From NCBI GenBank assembly GCA_039096225.1, contig JBBPEB010000005.1:124001-188000 (forward strand): a stretch of DNA of 64,000 nt. Reading direction: 5' to 3'. Every line of letters begins with the position of its first letter. Position 1 is the stretch's first letter. Source of the stretch: Blastocystis sp. Blastoise. Taxonomy: Eukaryota; Protista; Bigyra: Opalinata. A program made the position numbers and the translations under genes. Positions 52,814-64,000 of the stretch are shown here, piece after piece. Below the pieces are notes generated by a model. It did not search any database. It saw only the letters and a list, made by a program, of their open reading frames with translations, and was not told where the DNA came from.

Positions 52814-53177
52814 ACATACTTTATTCTTCATTTATTTAGAATTCTTTTTTTATATATTGTGTCTCCTATGTTTTCTATTTTATCATTATTTATCTATTCA
52901 TATTATGTATTTATAATTCCTATGTTTTCTAAAACAAGCTTTTCTGAATATTTTTTTTTCTTTTTCATATATAGGTGAAGAAAACACTTTTTTAATTTAT
53001 ATATTTCTTTTGTTTATATGAATCATTTTTTTTTGTCAACATAGAATAATCATTTAGATCAGTAGAAATATCAAATATTTTAAAATAAATATTTCCTTTC
53101 AAAAATCAGTTCATATAACAAAGAAACAAAAAAACTTCGTTAAAAAATATGTGTATTTTGATAAAATAAGCATAACG

Positions 53178-54217
53178 ATGAAAATAAATATGCACATATT
53201 CTATGTAACAATTCTTACAACATTTGTATGGCTGATATCACGAGATATTCCATGGTAAATCTCGCATTCGTTGATCTTATTGTATAGGATTACATGTTCA
53301 TTGATACCATTCAAATACATATTCTCTCCAGAGTTGAAAATAGATCGGCTTGAGCAGTTTGAACTGAATTGTATCAACATGTGTTGTTCAAACTTGATTA
53401 ATAAGAATTCTTATAATGTCAGCATTATTAACAGTATATAAAATAAGCTTCTATAATATCAATATTTCACAGATTCATCGATATATCCACAAATCAGAAG
53501 AAATGAACAAAAGGAAGATGAATTTCTGATTTATTCTTCAGAGAACAGCCAACCACTCTATTGTTCACACAAGACACTTCATGAGTTTCTTCACTTTATT
53601 TCAAGTCTTTCTATGAAAACCATAGAGTATAAAAATCATTTATTATTTTTTTCACATATTATTTATAGAGAAATAGTAATTAAGTACGATATTCATATAT
53701 ATTCAGATTCTGAATCAATTATTAAACATATTTCTTCACAAAATCAGTCATTTTCGTATATATATATATTAATAATAATATATGAATATAGTCTTCTTAT
53801 TCCAATATCCTTATCTTCTCTTGATATACATACAGAAAGCTATTATTTCTCCAATCACACTATTGTATATTTCATTATAAATATCAATTAATATCTTATA
53901 ATTCTTATATATATATATATATATAGGAATGGGAATCATCATTATCTTCTCCTTCTCTTCCTTTATCTTCTCTATATACATCCATAATACCTTCTCTTTA
54001 TGATATACCTACGAGAACCAATACTAAATTATATAATATTATATTAATTGAATCACGTATATTGATCATTAGATTATATATATGATTTTTATTTATTCTT
54101 ATTCTTATATAGTTACTCCAAAAATACCTGCCTATATATATGATTCTACAATGCATTCTTCTACGGTATCTTTTGAAAACACTATATTACATATTAAACA
54201 ACCTAATGAAATACCAA

Positions 54218-54259
<42 letters not shown>

Positions 54260-54958
54260 TATAGATAATGACACTCTATATATGACTCTACTATTATTTC
54301 TTAATTATTGAATTCTATAGTATATTCAAAAAACAATACATTTCTTAATTTCATCATCATTCCCGTGGTTATCAAATCTTTCTTCAGAAGAAGCTTCTAT
54401 TTATATGACCCTAACAATTCCTTTTATATATTATCAACAGTATTTATATATTTATTATAACTTTCTCTTATTCTATATATATAATAACATTATATATATT
54501 CATTATAACTTTTTCTTATTCTATATCTATAATAACATTATGTATAATATATATAGACAAATCACTCTTCTTAAAACTCAATATCATCAATTATATATGC
54601 TATCTAACTTTTATCTATCTCATCTCTATACTCTTTTGTCTTTTTCTTATAAATACTATTCTTTTTCTACTTCTTCTTCTTCTTCTTCTTCTTCAATTCT
54701 TACTTCTCTTCCTACTCTTGAATACTATAATAATAATCTCTATTCTGTTCTTCATAATTCTCAAAGACAATATATTCCTCCTTTTGAAAACATTCAACTA
54801 CTTGTTATGTATATCTATAATATAAATAATTTATTATAATATATATTTATAGTATTCTACCTACACTAATGGTATTATTCTTTCCATTGATGGCGTTAAG
54901 GAAGAAAAATAAAAAAGAGCAAAAAGAACAAAAAGAACAAAAAGAACAAAAAGATTAA
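53178..54958 (+). CDS. Multi-exon membrane protein with N- and C-terminal TM segments, possibly a divergent GPI-transamidase PIG-S
   Basis: A chain of GT-AG introns gives a continuous frame to TAA at 54956-54958. Ends QYIPPFENIQLLVIILPTLMVLFFPLMALRKK plus a KEQ repeat. The PIG-S call rests on topology only. Confidence 0.55.
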
Positions 54959-57747
54959 AACAATCTATATCTTTCTTTTATTTATATTCTATTATTATTA
55001 TGAATAACTGATTGTTTTATATCTTTTATTACTTGCAATGATGTTCAAAATAAGCTAATATTGTTTATTATTAAATCAAATATAATTTAATCACTGTTAT
55101 TAATCATATTACTCTAAGATTCAATGTGAAATCAAACGGTTTTCGGAATTAATCACTTATTCAGACATTGAAAATCTTTTTCTATATACTAATATATATA
55201 TTATTAGAGATGAAAATGACAGTATTAAACCAGTATTATTTGATTTAAAATTTCCTTATAATAGATACATAAGTAAAAACATATGTTACATATATTATTC
55301 TCGAATCACATTGATATTAATTAACAAATTATTATCAAGAATAAAATAATAAAGAATCATGCTAATTGATAGCTATTATTTTTAACAAAACAAATACAAT
55401 AATGAAATTTAATAAAAACAATATATTACTATCATTATTGTAAATAAAAAAAAATATATATTTAACTATGAATTACTAACAAATTGGAATTATATATAAA
55501 TATTATCATTAGTTCAGATATAGTTTTGGTAATAACAGCAATCACTTTAATAACACATATATATATCATAATTAATTATCTAAATAAAGACAATATTTAT
55601 TAAAATATAAATATGATACAAGTTTGAATTATAGATTTTACATCTATACTCTTTATTAACTAGCATAAAATAAAACAAGAACTAATACACCTAATATCCT
55701 TTTTTATTATATATATGTATATATTAAAAATATTTTTATGATATATGATTCACTTGTTCTATATATCAACTATATAAAATATTCCTTTTTTATTATACAA
55801 TAACATAGTTAAAGGTTTCATCTACTATAAAAAATATTTTCTAATAAATACTTACTTTTTAATTTTAGAAAAAAAATAAGTATTTGAGATGAAACGTTAA
55901 ATGATTCGAAAAAATATTGTGATTATAATAAAACTTATATTTCTATAAAGTTGATGAAATTTTGTTTTTAATCGTAAAAAAATAATTTTATTAATTAAAT
56001 TATCGTTAATTTATGATAGTAATATAGATTATTATTTATTATGTCATCATTATTACAACATATAAAGTTGTATTTGATTTAATGAACACCCTTAATAATG
56101 AATAAAATAAAAACATATTAGAATATATAATTGATGTAAATAATTTTATTTGATTATTTATATAATTATGAAACTTGAAATATATATATATATATATTAT
56201 TTTTATATACCTTAATAGAATTTTGAATAGAATAATATATATATTATTAGTTTTTCGACAACTGTTTCGTTAAAATAATCTCATATTACTATTCCAATAA
56301 TATCAGTGATAAAAAAGAATAGATATAAGATAATGATAATAATATTGACATATCTATACATATATAAAGTAGATTTATCAGAAAGAAATCCAAAAGGACC
56401 TGAAATAGCTGAAGATAGCATAAATATGAAACTCTAATTATCTAGAATGATACTTTAAACAATGTAATAAATATATGATATGTTGGATTCATGAATATAA
56501 ACATTTACATAAAGTAATTATTAATTTACTATCTAGGAAACGATTCTAATTATTTGTTAATAATCAGCAATATATATATTCATTGAAAAATAGATAATAA
56601 CAATAAAAAATAGTAAATTATTTATAATAAATTAAGAATAGTATGTTAAATTATAAATGAGATAAATAAGTATGTAGAGAAATGCTACGTGAGTATTTCC
56701 TGAGAATAAAATAGAACCAAAGTACTTGTTACAGCTTATAGGCATTTATTAAAAAGTTCGATCAAGTTATTTTCAGACTATTGCTGAATTCATTATTCAA
56801 GTCTATTAAAAATGTCTTTAATCATTTATATTGCTTAATTAATGATTAATTATGTATTATTCATGCCGAATCTATAATCTTCTGTATTTATGTTATAAAT
56901 TATCAATCTTATTTGAAGTAATTCGTTTTTTATTTCTGTGATTACGTTAATTATTGTTCTCAAGTTAATTTATTGTCATTTAAAATTATATTCTAATAAT
57001 AATAAAATGAGTTATTCAATTAAATAATGTATTTTTTAATACAAAATGAGAAAAATACATTTTTATATTCCTCAAAACCATTAAAATATGTCTTAATACG
57101 AATTTTATTCACTCATACATGATAAATTAAAATGTTCATAACCCTTTATAAGTCACAAATCATTCAAACACAACTCTTTTATTATTCATAATTATGTAAT
57201 CAAGAAAATACAAAAAAAAATACGATCATACCAAATAATTTTGTTTTATTTCTATACACAAAGAAACACAGAATAGTATAAATTATCCTCTTAACTCTGC
57301 TATTTTCAATCAAATAAAGTTAGTTATTATGAGAAATCAATCAACTAATCTTTTTATTGCATAACAAATGCAATAAACTCAATGATTATTTAAATAAACG
57401 AAAAAATACAATCCAGAATATATTTTAAAAAACATAATCAAAATACCCGTAAAAAATACATAATTTTTGGTATCAATTTGAAAATAACCGTGAATATAGA
57501 AGTAAAGAGACTCATCTTTGTATGAATCTAAATATTTCATTATTGTAAAATGGGAATCGCCAATCAAGTGGTCAATATCTATGAGATAGCCAATAATATT
57601 ACGTTTATTATGGTTCCAAGATGTTTGCTCTGATGGACGCATCGGTATACTCCATATAATAGAGCAATCAGGACATTTATGTAATCCACAGCTTACATAT
57701 GAATTTTTAAAACATTCTATTAAAGAATTAAAAATAAATTTTTATAG

Positions 57748-60700
57748 ATGAAAGTATCAATAATTATCTTCTATTGCTTGATTGCACTTCATTGTATGTT
57801 TATTAGCCTGTCTTTCTTGAACTAAAATAGAATTATTGTTTCTAATTATTATACTATTTAGGTGTTCAAGCTTGCTCTAGTAATGAACAAGAGCTTATTG
57901 TTCAGAGAAATTATATGAAGAATGCTGGTGAAACCACTCAACTTTATTCTGGCGAATCTACTAATTTAAGAAATAGTCTTGTTTTCTATGATGAATCTAT
58001 TGATTCTCAAGACTCTGTAGTTGATTACAAAATCTGCTTAGATGGAAATACCAATTATAGTCTTGAACTATCTTCAATGTATTTTATTTTTTTGTTAATG
58101 TATATTTTTTGTAGGAATTCTTCTGTTTGGATTGATGGCTCTTTTGTTAGCTTGATGTATAATAAAATAATTCTCGTCAACTCTCGTGTAAATGCTGATG
58201 ACAATGGAAAGAAAATCATTAAATTTAATTGTATGTTTATATTTTATTATATATTTGTATATATTTTATATAGTATCTTCTCTACTTTCTTCAAGAATGC
58301 ATTGGAAATATTCCACTACTGTTGATGCTGCATCTTGGAAGGAAAATAAGATAGAAGAATGGGGTGAAGACTATAAGAATAAAGAAATCAAGAATGCTGG
58401 TTCTAGTGTTTATTTTAGAAAGGATATCACTGTTGATAACTCTTTTACTCTTCTTCAATTATCTATTCAAAGTCAAAGTGAATTCATTGTTTATGTAAAT
58501 GGAATTAGAGTGCATACTTATTTATTACCAGAGTATGTTTTTTTTATTATATTTAATAAACATAAATTTATATATAGATCCTCAAATACCACTCAATATA
58601 CTCCTTCTCAATCTCTTGAAGATGTTCCTACTTATAAACAGTATATATCTTATTAACATTACTCTATAGTATATATAGTATTATCGTTCCTAAAGAATTA
58701 CTTGCTTCCTCTGTTTCTCTTACTATATTAAAAATAGTTATTGAATTACATACTACTGTTGATCATCCTGAACTTCTTTCTTCTTTTGATGTTCTTACCT
58801 ATATTACGAATTCTAAAGGTATATACATAATAATAATATATATATATACTATAGATTCTTTAGATACCCTCTCTATGTTTGCTTCTCGAAGACTACAGGA
58901 TATCCCTCAATATACTATGAACGCCTTTGAAGAGAATCAATCTATTGATTTCTCTACTATAGTATCTCTTTCATTATCGAATTGTGTTCTATCTACTGAT
59001 TTACCTACTGGTTTAACTTTATCTTCTAATGGTATTCTTTCTGGTACTCCTAAAGAAGTTATTAGTGCTGAATATACTCTTTCCTATACTAATGATGAAG
59101 ATGGTAGTTCTTCACATACATATATATTTAATCTTCAAATATTATGTAATCCCACTTTTTGTGCACATATACGTGTGAATAGAATTACATCCTATTATGC
59201 TTCTTATGAACAAGTTATAATTAAATCAGAAGATGGAAATAAAATAGTTTCTTTAATTCAAGGTAATAATATAAACAAGAATTATGATTATTATGGTCCT
59301 GTAGGTACTTGGTCATTTGAATTAATAAAAGAAACTAGTGGTATATGGTCTGTTGGATCAATTATGACAGTATATGTCATAGATGATCTTAGTAGCACAT
59401 CTATTCCTGTAACTAAAATGAGAACTATATATAAGTCTCCTGAAACATATTATGTTAATACTATTTATTCTATGTTAATGAAGTCTGAATGGAAATATAA
59501 TACTTATGATTCTATACCTACAGCATGGTATGGATCTTCTGTTGATGATTCTACTTGGTCTACTATAAATGGTGGTGCTGCTATTACTCCTATTGATTCT
59601 AAACAATATTATGTATTCCGAAGGACTATTAATACTCCTTCCATTGTTGATCAAAAATATTTTATATTAAATTATAAAACATTATCAAATACAAAGATCT
59701 ATATAAATAATCATGAACTCGCTGTGAATGGGTTTATAGATGGCTATTTAGATTCAACAGATGCCTCTACTATTATAGAACAAACAACAACAGGTCCTCT
59801 CTCTCTATTTGACAATCAAGAAACTATTACTATTTCTGTATTACTATATGATAAGCAACATACTATTGATATATCTTTTGATGCTTCTCTTCTAATGGCT
59901 GTTGATACTAATCTTCCTGTTTATGGTGATTATGAGGTAACAGTCACTAATGATTCATCTACTAGTAATCCTAATAATGTTGTGGACTTGTCTATGATAT
60001 CATATATATATATTATGGGTGAATCAGATAAATCAAGCCCTATATTATCCATAACAACTAAAGATGGATATAATTATATAAATAGATATTGTATAACTTA
60101 TCATATTGATTATTTTCTTTATGCTCCAACATCATGGAAAGTAGAATCTATAGATATAAATGGTAATCATCATGAACAATCAGTTGTATCGGATGCATTT
60201 ACATCAATTGATGATCCACGAAGAAAATGTTTCTTATTATCTGATGTTACTACAGGAATCAATAAACTAGAATTTACATTAACAAATAATATGATTAATA
60301 AAGCTAAGAATGATTATTATATATCTCAAATTGAATTATTCGTAGATGATGTTACTTCTAATACATTACCTTCTTTATCTACTTCTTCTAATCCTTATTC
60401 TGCTTATGATAATACTACTCTATTAATATTATTTACTAATTCGGAATATTATCATGATTTTACTATAACTCCTTCTCTTCCTGATGGACTATCATTTAAT
60501 ACTAATACTGGTTCTATATATGGTATTATTCATGGTGAGACTGGTAATACTGATTATACTATACATGCTACATCTGTAATTGGTACTCCATATGAATATA
60601 CATTAACTATTTCTATTCAGTCATGTCAATATCCTAATAATTTTGTTAATATCCAGTGTGAATATGAACAAGAAGCTGCTTATAAAGTAACATTAAAAAG

Positions 60701-63678
60701 TTATATGACATATCAACAAGAGAAAGAAATATACCATATATATGAAAGAAGTTCAGAAGACTATAATTTATGTCTATCTCCATCAATATACTCCTTGTCT
60801 ATGTCTATTGTATATGGTGAATCTAAGTCAGTATCCCATGTATACGTCAATAATAATTATTATAGAGAATTTAGTCAATCTAATAGAGTTTCTTTATCTT
60901 TCGCTCAATATGCTGATTCTTCCAAGATGCCTATTGTTTATTCTTATGATAATATAACTCCTCCTAAACATTGGAATACAAATCTATTTAATGATGATCT
61001 ATGGTCTACTGTTCCTTCTGTTTCTTCTCTTCCTGATGTTCCTAGTGATAGTATTACTCAATACTATAGAATGCATTATACTATAGAAGAGTTAATATCT
61101 AAAAGTTATCAATTCGATATATCTGTATCTACCTATGCTGGCATGATCATATATATAAATGGCCATGAAATAAGAAGAGTAAATATGAATGATGATGATA
61201 ATATAGAATATAGTACATTAGCTACTGCTGGATATAGTGAATATAAAGCATATAGAACTAGAATCAGTACTTTTATTGATCCAAATATACGTCTTATGGG
61301 TGATAATATTATTGCTATTGAAATACATAAATATAATAATATTATTCAACCAAATAATGGACTTTCTGTGACAATAGGTGCTGTTGATTCATACTTTTCA
61401 CAAATAGATGGTTCATGGTCTGTAAACGGTGATGTAGATCCTGACTATCCATTAAGTAATCTATATGATGGTGATGATAGTACATATACAAAAGTACATA
61501 ATAAATGTTCAAATACTATATTCACCTATACATATAATGATGAAATATGCATAGATATAAAATCTTTTTATTTATATTATAACCATGATATGAGTTTATC
61601 CTATAGTCCTGAATCTGTTGTAATAGAAGGAACTTATAATAATGGAGTACGATGGGATGAACTTTTTTCAGGAGATGGAATCAGTATGAACTATTATTAT
61701 TCTGGAGATATTTATTTAGATAAATGTTATAATTCATATCGTATGAGAATAACAAAATGTGGAACAGATCCAGATATATCTGAAAGTGGAAGTGAAAGCA
61801 TGACTGTTCTAAATGAACTAAATTATTATGATTATTATTTTGATAATGATGGTTGTGTAGACAATGAATGGTCTGCAGCTAGAAAAGATAAATACTCTTA
61901 TAAGGTTTGTCCTAAAGGATATTCTAGTAATGCAAAGCGTTTATGTATAGTTAATATATTACAAACAATTGAAGGAGATAACACATGTGTAAAGATAGAT
62001 CCTTCTGAATTGTATTTTGAGGAAACAAATATTATTATTAGGAATAATAACTATTATGAACAATATTATAGTATAGATGCTATTGATACTATTATTACAA
62101 GTTCTCCTTCTCTTCCTGAAGGTATTATTATAGATTCTGTAACTCAAAGAATTTATGGTACTCCTACAAGTGTATCTCCTAGAACTACTTATAGTCTTTC
62201 GTATACAAATAATAATGAAGAAAAGATAACTATTGAAGAAATTAGTATTACAATCATTCTGCCTGTTTGTTATGCCGACGGAAATTGGCCAGAAACTAAT
62301 CCTGAATCTACTGCTTCTATTTCTTGTCCTCAATATTATGAAGGTAATCAATCTAGATTATGTAGTTATAATGGTGAATGGGAAGAAGCTAATACTAATG
62401 AATGTATATTTAGTTCTACTCCTTGTACTGGTACTACATATTATAATGGTAATGAATGTAGTGAGTGTATAAATGGTTATGTAACTTCATTAAATGGTAA
62501 TAATATACAATGTACTCTTTGTAATGAAAATGAAATTGTTATTAATAATAAATGTTATCCTAGTGGTGCTACTTGTCCTGCTAGTACTATTGATTCCTAT
62601 TTATATCCTGAAACGAATATAATGAAGAATGCTGTTGTTAATTGTACTAATGAAAATCAATATGGCTATTACAAAGTATTTTGTGATTACATATCTGAAC
62701 CTACTTGGTCTAATGATATTCAGAAAGATCTTTGCTGTATGCTATTATATTTATTATATTTATTATTATATTTATTATTATATTTATTATCATCTATAGA
62801 TCCTCGACCTGTTTCAATTCCTGGAAAAGCTTTAGAATCATTAGATTATTCTATGCAACTACAGACAACTATTGATGATATTTATTCTTTATTAGAATCT
62901 TTAGCAAGAACATTTGTAAATACTTATAAGTATCAACTCACAGATCTTCTTCTTACTACAGATTATATAACTGGTGATGATGTATATTATTATTTATTAT
63001 TCTCGTTATAATATATTATATATATAGTCCATTACTTCTCTTCTTCTTCACGTATATTATGGTTCTAGTATAGATATCTATTCTGCTTCTTATTCTTCTA
63101 AAAGACAATTATATATGAATAGTATTACGAATTATCAAAATACTCCATTCAGTTCTTCTTCTCTTCTTAATAATCATACTACTTTATCTAATACTAATGA
63201 GTACTGTCAACTTCCAAACCAAGGTGTAACTATTCCATTAAATTATTATGCCATGATTGCTAAGGACACAGAAAATCAAAAACAAGAATATATAACATAT
63301 TTCTGTAAACAGGAACAATTAAATTATATTCCAATTCCAGTAAAATTTACTATAATTGAAAAAAATAACTTAAGTTTATTAGTAGTAGGATTTAAAGATT
63401 TCCCTACTATGTGGATTCAACCTGATATACTTATACCTATCTATACATCTATTTTAATATCTAGCAAGGTTCCTATTTCTCAATTAAGAAATAATATTAT
63501 AGCTTCTAGTCCTGGATCACTTATTGTTTATTTTTCATTTTCTTTACCTGATCCATTTAAATTTGAAATCACAACTGTTTCCAATTGTTTTGATGAAGAA
63601 GTATTAAAGAATCAATTAAAGAAGAATATCCCTATCAGCTTTACTTCTACTTTTTTTACGTTCATATTATCAAACTAA
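57748..63678 (+). CDS. Large secreted or surface protein with putative-Ig (He_PIG-like), galactose-binding-like and HormR-like Cys domains; 3' end may continue
   Basis: Signal peptide MKVSIIIFYCLIALHCVQA. Three LP.G.......G.I.G(TP) Ig motifs; CYADGNWPET...CPQYYEGNQSRLCSYNGEW domain. Eight GT-AG introns link the ORFs. Confidence 0.85.
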
Positions 63679-64000
63679 TACTATGATTAATTGAAATATC
63701 ATTCTACCTATTTATATATATATATATATATTATCTTCTTTAAGTCATTTCATTATTTATTGAATACTCATCTTTTTGTTTTTTATTATATTTTTTTATA
63801 TATTTATTTTTTACATTGTCATATTGATATCTTCTCAATACCCTATATTATATACATATATATTTTCTGTATATAATATTCTTCATGTATATATAGTGAA
63901 TTATATACAATTGTTTATTACGTATTATATATATATACTAATAACTATTTATCATCTTCTTTTTATATTATATCTTTTATATTATATAACTTCCTTTGAA

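Overview
Very AT-rich, intron-rich eukaryotic (protist) DNA read with the standard code. Gene content (beta-alpha fused transhydrogenase, Ig/HormR-domain surface protein, minor-spliceosome intron, TGTTTGTT-like 3' motifs) suggests an anaerobic gut stramenopile of the Blastocystis/Opalinata type; this is inference. I spliced the genes by hand. The window has about 16 protein-coding genes: an N-rich protein (5' partial), TAF8, a secreted potato-inhibitor-I protease inhibitor, site-2 protease, condensin CAP-D2, an atypical E2F-like/PDZ/RanBP2-ZnF protein, RPS11, CENP-E kinesin, NAD(P) transhydrogenase, an ear-less beta-adaptin, PIG-L, a DnaJ membrane protein, a class-3 lipase, neutral sphingomyelinase, Vps39/Vps3, a PIG-S-like protein and a large surface protein. 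Nearly all introns are GT-AG and filled with microsatellites. Main oddities: (1) both RPS11 introns need non-canonical ends (GT-AA and AT-AG) flanking one exon; (2) an AT-AC U12-type intron in Vps39; (3) a 773-bp element with perfect 62-bp CCGG-rich inverted repeats just upstream of the inhibitor gene; (4) a twin degenerate-E2F protein with an inserted PDZ domain. Most short ORFs in the supplied track are microsatellite artefacts.
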